Source of the DNA: a virus
Lineage: Duplodnaviria; Caudoviricetes
IMG/VR virus record: IMGVR_UViG_3300009071_000002
Location: 1 to 55,495 of that record
DNA length: 55,495 bases
Reading direction: 5' to 3' (one strand)
A model generated the notes under the pieces. The model ran no database searches and had not been told where the DNA came from. It was given only the letters and a program-made list of their open reading frames with translations. Every line of letters starts with the position of its first letter. Positions within the stretch are counted from its first letter, which is position 1. The position numbers and the translations under genes are program-made. Below are positions 17,085 through 28,077 of the stretch, piece by piece.

Positions 17085-20000
17085 TTAAAAAAACAATTCA
17101 TCTAGTTGTTCTTGGGTTGCTTTATCTTCCATTTTAATATTTTGTAAACTATCTATTTTAGATGTGTCAGAATCTGTAAAATCAAAATTATGTTCTAATT
17201 CAAAATTTATATAATTATCACCCCACAAATTAGACGAAGCTCCTGCAGCTCTTAAACCTGTAGCACCTTCCCAATACGTTTTTAACGCAGAATCATTTAT
17301 TTTACCTGTAGTAAAAACACCGTGCATTAAATCTGTTAATCTTGGATCTCTTGCCATAAGCATAAATATATCAAGATTTTTACCTCTCAATTCTCTAACC
17401 CATATTGATCCACCAATCCACCAAGGAGAAACAACCCTTCTTAAATAAGACATAGTATTTGCCATGTGTTGATTAGTAGTATTAGGTGTAGGTAAATCTT
17501 GTAATCTAACCTCAGCTGACATCTTGTTTGCCCAAGAAGAATTATCTATACCTAAATCTTTCATAGTGTGCATTTCAGTATTTATGTATATAGATCGTGC
17601 TTTTTCCATATGTGAAGCATCTTTAAATAAACCAAATCTTGAGTCTTGTAATAAATTAGGAATCCTGTCCATTTCTGCAACAGCTCTTTCAGTTACAGGC
17701 ATAGTAACATATTCTTTTCTAACTCTGTTACTTCCATCTGGCATAACACTGCCTGTAGTGTAACTTCCATCAGGACTAATAATTCTTACACTGGTACGGT
17801 CTTTAAAACCTTTTTCTAAAACACGATTTATAAAATTGTAAGCATCTTTAACTCCTTTTTCACCATTTAATTTTTTTGCGTATTGTATATACTGCCCAAT
17901 GTATTTTCCGTCTTCAGATGTTAAAAAATCATATGCTTCGTAAAATCTAAATGGTCTTTTCTGTCCAGAAGTATCTATAGCCATTGCTTTTGTAAAAGAT
18001 TGAAAATCAGTTATTTGACTTTTAACTTTATTTTTTCTTCCTTTTATTTCGTTTACAATTTTTCGGTCTGCACGTTTAATTGTAGTCATGTATTGTGTAT
18101 AAGCACGCCTTGTTGCAGCATCGTTGTTTACAAGAGTTCTAATAACTGCATCCGTATTACCGATGCTGTTCATACCACTAAAATTAGTAGTTGCCATTTC
18201 ATCTGTAATAGTTAGCATAGTACCCGTTTTAAGATTTAATTTATCTATGTGCTCATATGTGCCACCCGCCATATTAAACAATGACATTTCATCAGAAAAA
18301 TTTTGAATATTATCTAAAATTGTAGTAAAATCTTGTATAGTTGCTTTTTTAACTGTTGCTGATTTAAAACCGGGCCCCTTTTTAGCTGCTCCTAATATAC
18401 CAACACCTTCTACAGCAATGTCAGCATACTCTCCTTCAGCAACCCTTTCTAAAATACTGGTCGTTCTTTTATCAAAATAAAGTCTATTGTTTATTTTCCA
18501 ATCTATTAACGCTGAAAGTTTACTAGCACTTTCTGGATCTACAATTCTTCGTGTAGTTGCTTCAGTTCCTACTGAAAAACTGTTGGTAACCATAGCCGTA
18601 CCTTTTGCTTTGTCCATAGGTAAAGTTATTATTTCACCAAATCTTTCGTTTAGCATAGAGGCTGCTTGGCTTGTTTTTCCGTCAAAAATCATGTCTACAA
18701 CAGTATCTAACCATTTTTCAGGAGGAGTAGTATACATTTTATTACTTGGATTATCTATACTTTTTTGAAATCCTTTAACTCTAGAATCTACTCCTGTATA
18801 CCTAGCTAATGAATTTGCAAACGCCCCAGATTTTGATGCATGAAAATGATTACCATAAATTTCTCCAGCACGAAGTATTTTTTGCAACACAGCACCATTA
18901 CCACTTGATAATTCTTTTTGTAAAATATCTATAGTTTTACCATATGCTTCAAATATAGGATTTCCTTTTTCTCCAAAACTTCTTCTACTTCCCGATAAAG
19001 TTTTATGTATATTTAACACTCTATCTGCAGGTATTCTAAATCCTTGTTTAAGAAGTTGTGGCACATACTCATTTAAAATATCTCTAACAGCTTCTCCTTC
19101 ATTTGAATCTTGAAGTATAACACGGTATAAATTTGTAAAATCATCGTATTTTTGAAGTGCACCTACTCCTGACTCCTCTATAAGAAGTTGTCTAATATCT
19201 TTATAATCTTGTGGAGTTGTATTTTTCTTTAAAGTTTGCATTAATTGAAGTTCAACAACTTCACCAATTATATTACTTATGTTTGCAGCATCTTTTGGTC
19301 TAATTGTAGCTTCACTTTGGTTTACTTTAAAAAACGACTGATCTAAAGTTTCAAAGATAGAACTTAATTTTACAGGTTTATTTTTTAAATCGCTTTTTAC
19401 TTCTTTATATATGTCGTCTGCATATTTATTTATCTGTCCTGCACGTTGCTCATCCAATTGTTGAAACTCTGCACCAGCACTTTTATCGGTCCAACTATTT
19501 GGATTTTCTCTTAATCTCCCTACAGTTGCTGTAAGATTTTTATTATTTTTTATTCTAGTGTCTAATATTAATTTAGAAATTTCTTCTTTTTCTACGCCTA
19601 TTAGTTTTTTAACAGCTATCCTTGCGTCAAGTATTTGTTCACTAATATTATTATTTCCTATACGGTCAAGAGCGTGTGGCGAAGTTAGAAGTTCTTGTTC
19701 TAAAGCTAATACAGTATCTAATTCTCCCAACTGTGCATCAGCTCTTTTTATTTCAAGATTTCCATTTCTAGACATTTGATTTAGGTGCGTTTTAATATTT
19801 CTATATTCTTCTCCATCAGGTAATGCTTTAAATAAAGGTTCTAAAGCTCTTAACAATTTCATAGAACTTTCTCTTCTTGCTTCAATATGTTCTGCAGCTT
19901 TTAAAGCCTTTTTAGCATCTACACTAAATCCTAAATTAGCTGCCTCCCCCACAATGTTATCCATTGCTTTTAAACCTACCAAACCTTCTAGTTCTACCAT

Positions 20001-22214
20001 AGCTAAATTATAATTATCTTTAAATGTATCTGGTAAATTATTCAAATCTTTTATAAACTGTCTACCATTTTCAATTTCTTGCACAATTTGTTGTGTAGTT
20101 CCAGACTTAACTGCTTGAGCTTTTGCAGCAATTATAACATTAGCCATATTTATTTTATGTTTTTTAGGTATAGATCTCCCATTTATAACATCAGGAATTT
20201 TTTCAGCAACTTGAAATGCAGTAACAGATGTATCACTGTAGCCTCCAAATTTTCCTCCAGTAAATGCAAATCTCATTACATCATACAAAGCTTCTGGTCC
20301 TGATAACAGAGCAATACCAGTTTGTGGCACAGCTTTAAGAGTAGAACTAATAGGTCTTTTTAAAGATAAAGTATTGTTCATAATACCTTGCTGTACACCT
20401 GTAGTAGAAATAGTGTAAGCTGTAGGTAATCCAAATATTAAGGCACCAATAAGATAGGGTATAACGGGTTCTTCAGTATTAGTATAATCTGTAAGAGGCA
20501 CTCCATAACCTCCTACGGCATCTGGAAAAGTCATACGTTCTCTCCCACTAAAAAATCCTTGAAAAGTTAAACCACCTACAGCCGATGTACTTGATGTACC
20601 TATATTTAACCTATCGCTAAGTTTCATGTTTTTAGCTTGGGCTATTCGGCCTCTATCTAAAAAGTTAGTAAGTTCAGGAAGGTATTTATTTTTATTATTA
20701 TTTAAATAATTTTTTGTAGCTGCTGTATAATAATCTTCTTTAATATATATGTCATCTTTTGGTATTTGATTCCATTTAATTTTTTTAGTAGGATCATTGT
20801 TAAATAATTCTTCAGCGTCTTTTTGCACTTGTCCCCAAAGTTTTTTCCCCCGTGGTGTACCAAAACCAAAAACTTTTCCACCTACTCTATCTAAAGTTCT
20901 CCATCCGGCAATCATACCAAGTATTTCTTGTCCGTATTTTACAGAGGTAGCTCTCCCTTCTCCGGCAATAATATTTCCAATTTCACCGTTTGCTAATATA
21001 CTTCTACCCATTATTGCATCACTTATTTTTTCAGGCGGAGTTATAAGAGCAGTAGTAAGTGGTACAGAATAAAATGGGGCTATTTTAGAAGATAAATCTC
21101 TTGTTAAATCATAAAATGTTGTTTTAGGAAATGGTATTGCTTTTTTTATTTCTTTCTTTTGTTTAAAATCAAAAAACCCAACTCCCGCAGTATCTTTTGT
21201 AGTTTCATAAAGAAAAGCATGGGAAGAAAACGCATTATCATTATTTTTTCCTACTACTACAGGTTGATTATCTACTATTTCTATATCAAGATTTGATAAC
21301 ATTCCAATTTTATGTAAACCTATGTAAGTTGCTTCTTTAACTGTTTGCTGTGCTGACCCCGCTCCTCGTATAGCTAAATCCAAAGAACCGGGAATTATAT
21401 CATATGAGAATCCACCGTAATGTGCTAACGCTTGAGCAGCCATAAGGTCTCCTACTGGCACATCGTACTCTGTTGGTGTTCCAAGTTTGTTTGGTTTAAA
21501 TTTAAAACTAGAACGATTTTTATTCCAAATAAATGCTTGCCCTAACCAAGTATTATCAATAAGATATGGTGCACCTGTTATCTCTCTACCGTCTTCATCT
21601 ACATCAAATTCTAATGCCCCACCTTGTGTGTGGTCAGATTTACCTGCAAGATACTTTAGTGTATCTATACCAAAGTTTTTTCTATCTTTAATTCCAGATG
21701 CCCACCCGTACATAATGTCGTTTATTTGATTGGTGGTTTTATCTTCCATTTTAAATATAAGACCATTTTGATCTACTATATTTCCGCTGTATAACATTTC
21801 CCCCTGTTCGTTTTGTCCTACAGGTAACCAGTTAGAAACATCTTCCATAGCACGTGCTTTATTTACATCTTTTGTATAAGTATTCCACTTAGGACTCCCC
21901 TCTGAAAAATATTCGTAAACAGGAATAGGAACTTGCGTCTCTGGATCTACTTCCATTCCTTTAAAACCACGATAAATTTTACTTCCCCACAGAGCATCCA
22001 CAGGTGTTCCTTTTAAATCTGGAGGAGCTTCGTTACCTTGACGATAAATAGGTTTCATTTCTGGATAATAGTATTGAGCTATGTTTACATCTTCTGTAGG
22101 CACATTTAATGCTTCTCCTAATTTTACTTTATAATTAGAAAACATTTCATCAAGAGCAACTTTACTTTCTGGGTTTACAAAATATTCTTTTTTATCTTCA
22201 GATATACCTACCAT
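17085..22214 (-). CDS. Very large probable internal virion (ejection) protein, 1709 aa
   Basis: Size and position in the late block; hydrophobic segments mid-protein; function by synteny. Confidence 0.6.
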   Translation of the reverse strand: MVGISEDKKEYFVNPESKVALDEMFSNYKVKLGEALNVPTEDVNIAQYYYPEMKPIYRQGNEAPPDLKGTPVDALWGSKIYRGFKGMEVDPETQVPIPVYEYFSEGSPKWNTYTKDVNKARAMEDVSNWLPVGQNEQGEMLYSGNIVDQNGLIFKMEDKTTNQINDIMYGWASGIKDRKNFGIDTLKYLAGKSDHTQGGALEFDVDEDGREITGAPYLIDNTWLGQAFIWNKNRSSFKFKPNKLGTPTEYDVPVGDLMAAQALAHYGGFSYDIIPGSLDLAIRGAGSAQQTVKEATYIGLHKIGMLSNLDIEIVDNQPVVVGKNNDNAFSSHAFLYETTKDTAGVGFFDFKQKKEIKKAIPFPKTTFYDLTRDLSSKIAPFYSVPLTTALITPPEKISDAIMGRSILANGEIGNIIAGEGRATSVKYGQEILGMIAGWRTLDRVGGKVFGFGTPRGKKLWGQVQKDAEELFNNDPTKKIKWNQIPKDDIYIKEDYYTAATKNYLNNNKNKYLPELTNFLDRGRIAQAKNMKLSDRLNIGTSSTSAVGGLTFQGFFSGRERMTFPDAVGGYGVPLTDYTNTEEPVIPYLIGALIFGLPTAYTISTTGVQQGIMNNTLSLKRPISSTLKAVPQTGIALLSGPEALYDVMRFAFTGGKFGGYSDTSVTAFQVAEKIPDVINGRSIPKKHKINMANVIIAAKAQAVKSGTTQQIVQEIENGRQFIKDLNNLPDTFKDNYNLAMVELEGLVGLKAMDNIVGEAANLGFSVDAKKALKAAEHIEARRESSMKLLRALEPLFKALPDGEEYRNIKTHLNQMSRNGNLEIKRADAQLGELDTVLALEQELLTSPHALDRIGNNNISEQILDARIAVKKLIGVEKEEISKLILDTRIKNNKNLTATVGRLRENPNSWTDKSAGAEFQQLDEQRAGQINKYADDIYKEVKSDLKNKPVKLSSIFETLDQSFFKVNQSEATIRPKDAANISNIIGEVVELQLMQTLKKNTTPQDYKDIRQLLIEESGVGALQKYDDFTNLYRVILQDSNEGEAVRDILNEYVPQLLKQGFRIPADRVLNIHKTLSGSRRSFGEKGNPIFEAYGKTIDILQKELSSGNGAVLQKILRAGEIYGNHFHASKSGAFANSLARYTGVDSRVKGFQKSIDNPSNKMYTTPPEKWLDTVVDMIFDGKTSQAASMLNERFGEIITLPMDKAKGTAMVTNSFSVGTEATTRRIVDPESASKLSALIDWKINNRLYFDKRTTSILERVAEGEYADIAVEGVGILGAAKKGPGFKSATVKKATIQDFTTILDNIQNFSDEMSLFNMAGGTYEHIDKLNLKTGTMLTITDEMATTNFSGMNSIGNTDAVIRTLVNNDAATRRAYTQYMTTIKRADRKIVNEIKGRKNKVKSQITDFQSFTKAMAIDTSGQKRPFRFYEAYDFLTSEDGKYIGQYIQYAKKLNGEKGVKDAYNFINRVLEKGFKDRTSVRIISPDGSYTTGSVMPDGSNRVRKEYVTMPVTERAVAEMDRIPNLLQDSRFGLFKDASHMEKARSIYINTEMHTMKDLGIDNSSWANKMSAEVRLQDLPTPNTTNQHMANTMSYLRRVVSPWWIGGSIWVRELRGKNLDIFMLMARDPRLTDLMHGVFTTGKINDSALKTYWEGATGLRAAGASSNLWGDNYINFELEHNFDFTDSDTSKIDSLQNIKMEDKATQEQLDELFF

Positions 22215-24509
22215 TTAATATTCCAATTCATTAGTGTCTGCAAAAATCTGTAATTTCTTTTGGTCGGTTGGTAAAATTGCTCCAACAGTTACGGCTTCTT
22301 TACTTAACAAGAATCCTAAAGATTTTTTTGTTTGGGCAGTTTGGTTAAGAAAATTATTCATTTTAGTTGTTTGTTTTGAAACCGTAATTTCATTTTCGGA
22401 TGGTTCTCGCTGCCCACCATCATTTAAATTTGTATTTTCACGAATATTTTCAGGCACCTGCGCTCTCCAAATTTGAGCATTAGGTAGTTTTTCTCTATCT
22501 AAAGAATTACTACTATCATTTAACATTGGATAAACACTGGTATAATTTAAAGCAGCCCATTTTTGTTGAATGTTACCATTGCCAATTCTTTCTGCTCTCC
22601 CCACAATAGAAGCCATACCTAAATCAAATTCATCAAGAGCAGCCAAAGCTTGTTCTTTTGTAGTAAATGGACTAACAGCTAAAGCCCTTGTTACCAACTC
22701 TCTATCACCATCGGAAATAGCTTTACCACCCTCTCCTTGGAATATAGCTGCAGCGTAGAATACAAGACCTCCTCGTAAAAGAGCTAACCTTGCAACTTGA
22801 ATAGCTTTTGTTTTGTTTTCATCGTCTTTATAATCATCAAGCTTTAAATACGCATCATTCATGTCTATACCAAGATATGTGTCCTTTAACTTGTTAAGCA
22901 TACTCTTAGTTGCTTCTAAATTTTTTAATCGTGTTTCAAGATCAGTTTTTGTAACACCTGTAGCACTACCTATTTGGGTTGTTAACTCGCCCATTTGAAC
23001 TTCTATTCCAGATACTTGCCCATCTATTTTTTCATTCATTAGATCCGTATTAAACTGCCCAGTATCAACGGCACCAGTAAGCATACTAACTACATCTTTT
23101 CCTGCTGTTGTAACTTGTTCATAAAGAGATATAGCCCCTGTTAAAAACGTGCCACCAAGATTTAATTTATCTATTAATTCTTTTTGTCTTCTTGTATTAT
23201 CTAATGCTAATTCACCTTGACGTGCCAACTCTCTGTAACCCTTTATAAGAGTTGGAGTAAGGGCAAAATTCTCTTCTAAAAATGAAGTCCCGTCTGCATA
23301 CGCTGGAAGTAATCCATACCCTTGATCTTTTCCAGTAGCAACAAAACTCCCGGGAAGATCATAGGGACCTGCAACTGATGCAAGTGCATCTATTTGGTAG
23401 TACACAGTATCTAGATAATTAAAATGGTAACCTTCTTTTCTTAACGTGTGCAAGGTTGACCCCGGAGTTAATTTACTATCTGCATATTTGTATGCTTCAT
23501 TTGTTACATAATTAGCAGCGTTTTTTAAATTTGGGTGTGAAAAAGGACTGTCGTAAATACCTTTAGCTCGCACATCGGTTAGCATACCTTTGTTATCATA
23601 CACTTTATCAAGCATAATTGGTGCAAATTGTGTAAAACCTACAGATTGTATAGGATGAGCTTGCATCCAAAGTTTTCCATTAGCATTTGAAATATTATCT
23701 CTTTGATTTAAATTTTCTTTTTGTGGCAATGGTGTTTGAAATAAAGCAACTTCCATGCTTACATTTGAAAAATATTCGTTAGCTTGTTTTTTATCTACTT
23801 TAGAATCGTAAGAATTGTTTTTTGTTACAAACGCCCAACTGTCAGCTATAGATAATGGAATTTCTTTTGGTGGTTGTTGAAGAACATTATCACTATTAAA
23901 AACTTTATTAGTTTCGTTTTCAATATTTCCTACAATCGTACCCCGTATCCAAGAATTGTAATCTCCAAATAATAATTGGCTGTTTAAAGCTCCCTCTGCC
24001 ATTCCTGATTCAGTTTGTCTCATATCTGTGTCAATTAAACTTACTCTTCCTTTAATTCCAGCTTTAATTCTATTAGCTTGATTTGGATACGTATTATTTA
24101 TGTAAGTCCATTCATCATCAGAAATATTATTTAACTGACTAATCCAATTAAAAGCTTTACCACTTGCATTTGCCCCGTCAGTAGTGGCTTTAATACCCCA
24201 CAATTTTGTACGAATACCTAAATCATACATAAATTCTGGCCCTTGTTTGTTTAAAAAATTAGTTACGTTTGGCCCACCCATATTAATAGGCAATAAATCC
24301 GTGGTAAACTCGGTAAACATGCTGGTGCCACCTTTTTTTATAAATTCTAATTGTCTAGCGTTAGTAAACTCCATGTTTTTTAAATTTACTTGTTGGCCGT
24401 ATTCATAATCTGCAACACTTTTAGCTGCTTCAGCAGCCTCAGACTTTGTTTTTCTTGCTGCTAAGTTGGACAACATACCAACTACAAACGGTACAATTGG
24501 AGCTACCAT
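22215..24509 (-). CDS. Probable internal virion (ejection) protein
   Basis: Large ORF; GGAG RBS before MVAPIVPF; coiled-coil segment. Confidence 0.6.
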   Translation of the reverse strand: MVAPIVPFVVGMLSNLAARKTKSEAAEAAKSVADYEYGQQVNLKNMEFTNARQLEFIKKGGTSMFTEFTTDLLPINMGGPNVTNFLNKQGPEFMYDLGIRTKLWGIKATTDGANASGKAFNWISQLNNISDDEWTYINNTYPNQANRIKAGIKGRVSLIDTDMRQTESGMAEGALNSQLLFGDYNSWIRGTIVGNIENETNKVFNSDNVLQQPPKEIPLSIADSWAFVTKNNSYDSKVDKKQANEYFSNVSMEVALFQTPLPQKENLNQRDNISNANGKLWMQAHPIQSVGFTQFAPIMLDKVYDNKGMLTDVRAKGIYDSPFSHPNLKNAANYVTNEAYKYADSKLTPGSTLHTLRKEGYHFNYLDTVYYQIDALASVAGPYDLPGSFVATGKDQGYGLLPAYADGTSFLEENFALTPTLIKGYRELARQGELALDNTRRQKELIDKLNLGGTFLTGAISLYEQVTTAGKDVVSMLTGAVDTGQFNTDLMNEKIDGQVSGIEVQMGELTTQIGSATGVTKTDLETRLKNLEATKSMLNKLKDTYLGIDMNDAYLKLDDYKDDENKTKAIQVARLALLRGGLVFYAAAIFQGEGGKAISDGDRELVTRALAVSPFTTKEQALAALDEFDLGMASIVGRAERIGNGNIQQKWAALNYTSVYPMLNDSSNSLDREKLPNAQIWRAQVPENIRENTNLNDGGQREPSENEITVSKQTTKMNNFLNQTAQTKKSLGFLLSKEAVTVGAILPTDQKKLQIFADTNELEY

Positions 24510-24510
24510 A

Positions 24511-25125
24511 TTATATTTCTCCCATAGGTATTGCCGGTTCTTCAACAGGCGGTGTTAATTCTTCTGGCATCATTTCTTGTTCACCACCGGATGGAGGTGG
24601 TGCTAAAAATCCTTGGTTTTGCATTTCCATATCTTGCTGCTCCATATTAGCTGCTTCTTGTAATTGAGCAAATGCTTCTGGGTTTCTATCAGCCATAAGA
24701 GAAAGCACCTGATTATCTGGAACTCCATCGTCTGTTAATTCACCCGGATTGTTAAACACTTTGTACGGAATATCATATTCATTTGCGTAAGATATAAAGA
24801 AAGCCATAAGAGGTGGTTTAATAATTTCTGCTACATCAACAGTCCATTTCCCTTCCATAAAACCACCAAATGATATTGTGTTCACAATACTTTCAATTGG
24901 TAATCCTCCGAGCATAAGTTTAGAATACGCAGACTGTGTTTTTTTATTATCCTCAAATTTATCCACCACAAATAAAACTGCCTCATCTGGATCAGTTATA
25001 TCTGGTGTTCCTTCCCATGCCCATCTCCCCGGTTCATCTGTCAAAGACTGGCCCGGCACTGGTCCATCAAATGGTCTTTTAGCTATTTCGTTGTCTTGAG
25101 TTTGTACTTCTTGAAAACGTGGCAT
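24511..25125 (-). CDS. Conserved late hypothetical protein
   Basis: FDGPVPGQSLT.EP..W.WE motif familiar from related podophages. Confidence 0.7.
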   Translation of the reverse strand: MPRFQEVQTQDNEIAKRPFDGPVPGQSLTDEPGRWAWEGTPDITDPDEAVLFVVDKFEDNKKTQSAYSKLMLGGLPIESIVNTISFGGFMEGKWTVDVAEIIKPPLMAFFISYANEYDIPYKVFNNPGELTDDGVPDNQVLSLMADRNPEAFAQLQEAANMEQQDMEMQNQGFLAPPPSGGEQEMMPEELTPPVEEPAIPMGEI

Positions 25126-25138
25126 TTTTTGTTACTTT

Positions 25139-25759
25139 CTATGTAGGTTTAGCACTGGTTAAACTTCCGTAGGCTGATCGGTAAGGGTTACGTACTGCGA
25201 TAGAACCTAATGATGCTTTAGGAGATAAATTTACATTAGATGATGAGTACGGATTAAATCCAACTCCACTAACCTCTGTATTGATTCTTTCTGTTATTTT
25301 AGAATCTCCTCGTATGTTTTCTATCATTCCATAACTTCTAGGAATATTCTGTCCTTGTCCTCTTCTTGTTGGTCTAAAACCACTTATGTTTGGATTAGAA
25401 CGGTAGCCTCCCCGTTTTGTTGATTGTGGCAATGGTATATCTGCTACTGGAGTACCAGCACCTTTTTCTTTTAATTTATTAATGTATTTCATAGTTTCTT
25501 TAAAGGTGTCACTTTTAATTACATCGCCACCCCACCTAACAACATCTTTTCCAGCATCGTATACATCACGAGCATAGTCCATAAAACTTCCACTGTAGTT
25601 TCCGCCACCACCACCGCTGCCTGTGACTCTTCCCATATTTTGAAAAGACCCACGACTGGTTTCTTTTGTTACATAATTATATGCATCACTGATTGCATCG
25701 CCTACATAGGATGCTGTATCTGAGACATAATCCCAAAAAGATGTTGTTCCGTTTGCCAT
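25139..25759 (-). CDS. Gly/Ser-rich probable internal virion protein
   Basis: ORF with AAGG RBS in the ejection-protein cluster. Confidence 0.6.
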   Translation of the reverse strand: MANGTTSFWDYVSDTASYVGDAISDAYNYVTKETSRGSFQNMGRVTGSGGGGGNYSGSFMDYARDVYDAGKDVVRWGGDVIKSDTFKETMKYINKLKEKGAGTPVADIPLPQSTKRGGYRSNPNISGFRPTRRGQGQNIPRSYGMIENIRGDSKITERINTEVSGVGFNPYSSSNVNLSPKASLGSIAVRNPYRSAYGSLTSAKPT

Positions 25760-25776
25760 GTTTTTATTTCCTTAAG

Positions 25777-27207
25777 TTATTTAGTTGCATCTGGGGTTGG
25801 AGGCACTATGCCAGCCACATTACTAACTATATCAAATATCCCATCCAACGTACTACTTCCTAGCTGTGCATACATTGTATTTTTAAATTGGGAATCATAC
25901 ATTGCTTTATCATATCCTGCTTGTTGAGATATTTCTGCCATACTATGTGCACGATCTGCTGCATTCTCCACAACTTGTACAAGAAAAGATGCCTCGTCTC
26001 TGTATCTTTGCCATAGTTGTTCTTGCGATGATGTAGAAAGACCTAGTAATGCTTGTGCGTTAATTCGGTTTACTTCGTTTTGTCTTGCAGTGTTCTCTGT
26101 ATTTATTTGTCTACGCCAATTTGCATTTGCTTGATTAATTTGTGCAGACATATTTGAATTAAATTTATCTCGGCTGTCTTCCATCTGTGATTTAAATTTT
26201 AGTACAGAATTTTCTTCACTAGCGTTAAACTGCCTCATAGCTGATACACGAGTAGCATTGGCGTTGTCTATTTGTACACCCAACTCTGAAAAAAACTCCA
26301 TAGTTTGTTGGTTAGATTTTGCGTTAAACTGCCTAGATGCATTTTCTTGTGACTGATCAGATAGCAGAGTTTGTATTTTTGCTTGAGCATTTAATATGTT
26401 AGTTTTTTGGTTTGCATCTAAATTTGCCATATCCATAGATAAAAAGCTTTTTGCGTTGTTTACAGCAGATTGTAATCTAGAGTTAAGGTTTGCTTTATCC
26501 ATAGCTGCATAAGTCATAGCATTTTGTAAAGCAGTTTGTTGTTCATTAGTAAGATTAGCCAAATCCATAGTAGCATATGTTTTAGCATCCGTAGCAGCAA
26601 TAGGAACACCGGCTTCATAAACAGCTTGCGTTATTGCAGCAGCTGCCATAGAAGAGGCACCAAGACCTCGTTTTTGCATAATAGCAGAAGCAGCTCTTAC
26701 AGGGCCAGCTGCCCATGCGGGAAGTTCTTCGCCTTCTTTAATACTATCAAACAGTTGTCCCAGCTGGTATTTAACCGTTGCCTTTTCACTAACAGTACCT
26801 TGAGCAGCTTGTGCTTTTGCTTCAGTTGAAACAGTACCTAATACATCACCTAAAATTGCTTCTTGGGATAAATTTCCTTGAGCTGCAATTGCTTCTGGTG
26901 TATTTTGGTTTACAAAGTAATTACTGTACTGTGCAGCAACTTGAGCATTAGAACTAGGAATTTCTATTCCAGTGGTGCTGGCTTGGGCTGTTGTCATTGT
27001 TGGATCAGCCCCTAACTGTACATCTGTACCAGATAAAATTTCTCCCGGTTGTTCTGTTAAACTGGCTACGGCAGGTTGTTCCCCCGTTTGTAGTGTTGTT
27101 TTCTGTTCAGGAGGAGTTGTAGCATATGCTAATGCTGTTTCAGTGCTACCCCCATCTGCAAACCCTCTACGATTTATGTCTCTTATTACTTTTGGTAACT
27201 TTGCCAT
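25777..27207 (-). CDS. Ala/Gln/Asn-rich helical probable ejection (pilot-like) protein
   Basis: Repetitive QxNA/RQFNA helical pattern; N-terminal FADGG. Confidence 0.6.
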   Translation of the reverse strand: MAKLPKVIRDINRRGFADGGSTETALAYATTPPEQKTTLQTGEQPAVASLTEQPGEILSGTDVQLGADPTMTTAQASTTGIEIPSSNAQVAAQYSNYFVNQNTPEAIAAQGNLSQEAILGDVLGTVSTEAKAQAAQGTVSEKATVKYQLGQLFDSIKEGEELPAWAAGPVRAASAIMQKRGLGASSMAAAAITQAVYEAGVPIAATDAKTYATMDLANLTNEQQTALQNAMTYAAMDKANLNSRLQSAVNNAKSFLSMDMANLDANQKTNILNAQAKIQTLLSDQSQENASRQFNAKSNQQTMEFFSELGVQIDNANATRVSAMRQFNASEENSVLKFKSQMEDSRDKFNSNMSAQINQANANWRRQINTENTARQNEVNRINAQALLGLSTSSQEQLWQRYRDEASFLVQVVENAADRAHSMAEISQQAGYDKAMYDSQFKNTMYAQLGSSTLDGIFDIVSNVAGIVPPTPDATK

Positions 27208-27210
27208 TTT

Positions 27211-27408
27211 TTAAAACCACTTATTCATTATTGTTGATATTGCTGCTCCAGCTCCACTTGCTACAAGGAGTATGCCTATAAATAAGCCCTTGCCTTTGTC
27301 CAGCTGGCTCTCTAACGAGTCTAATCTTTTGGACAGTCGGTCTACGTCTTTGGAAAGTGTCTGTACAGCTTGTATGAGCTTTCCCATTTCAATTGCATCG
27401 GTTGCCAT
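27211..27408 (-). CDS. Small coiled-coil + C-terminal transmembrane protein
   Basis: Heptad pattern followed by GLFIGILLVASGAGAAI. Confidence 0.7.
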   Translation of the reverse strand: MATDAIEMGKLIQAVQTLSKDVDRLSKRLDSLESQLDKGKGLFIGILLVASGAGAAISTIMNKWF

Positions 27409-28056
27409 CTATCTACGGCTCCCCTTGACTCCATAGTCATCGGGCCAGTCTTGTACTTTAGCTATAGTTTTTAACGTGCCATCATCGTTGTACACGTTGT
27501 TGTGAAGAGCTATAAATGCTGCCATGTCACTAGCATTATCTATGGCTGTACAGATAGAGGCATGTGCTGTTCTCACGGCTGCAATGTAGGTCAGTATATC
27601 AGAGGGGATGTCTGTATCGTGAGTTACTTTTCTTTGGATGAGCCAGTCAAAACCTTTGATGTACCCATCTGCAGCTACGTTTGCTTTGTGTTTAGCTTGA
27701 GATTTTAACCCTAGTGTTACTACCTGATTATCATGGTCGTCAAGAATTGGTTCGTCATCTTCATCTACAGCATCAACATCAGCAAGAGCTCTATCAGCTG
27801 CCTTAACACCAATTGTTCTAACTACACTAGCCTTATCATCTGCTATAGCATAGGCTTCATCTACTTCTATATAGTAAGCTGTATTCAGATGTGAACCAGT
27901 AGTTGTTACAGGAACTATTCCAATAGCTTTTCTTTCTGCATCTGTCCAAAGGGTAAACAAAGTTCTAGGATGATTTACTCCTGCAACCGTCATATTTTTT
28001 GGATTAGATATTATCTCTACTATAGCATCTTCTGCGTCATTTAGTAAAGCCCACAT
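27409..28056 (-). CDS. Tail fibre-associated / assembly protein
   Basis: Directly after fibre genes; DW...RK....IP and C-terminal WP motifs. Confidence 0.55.
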   Translation of the reverse strand: MWALLNDAEDAIVEIISNPKNMTVAGVNHPRTLFTLWTDAERKAIGIVPVTTTGSHLNTAYYIEVDEAYAIADDKASVVRTIGVKAADRALADVDAVDEDDEPILDDHDNQVVTLGLKSQAKHKANVAADGYIKGFDWLIQRKVTHDTDIPSDILTYIAAVRTAHASICTAIDNASDMAAFIALHNNVYNDDGTLKTIAKVQDWPDDYGVKGSRR

Positions 28057-28077
28057 GTTGTTGTTCTCCTTTGTTAA

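Noticed and set aside
17085-22214. 1709-aa protein as a virion RNA polymerase
   Set aside because: No DxDGD or T7/N4-type polymerase motifs recognised; consensus sigma70 promoters indicate use of host RNAP
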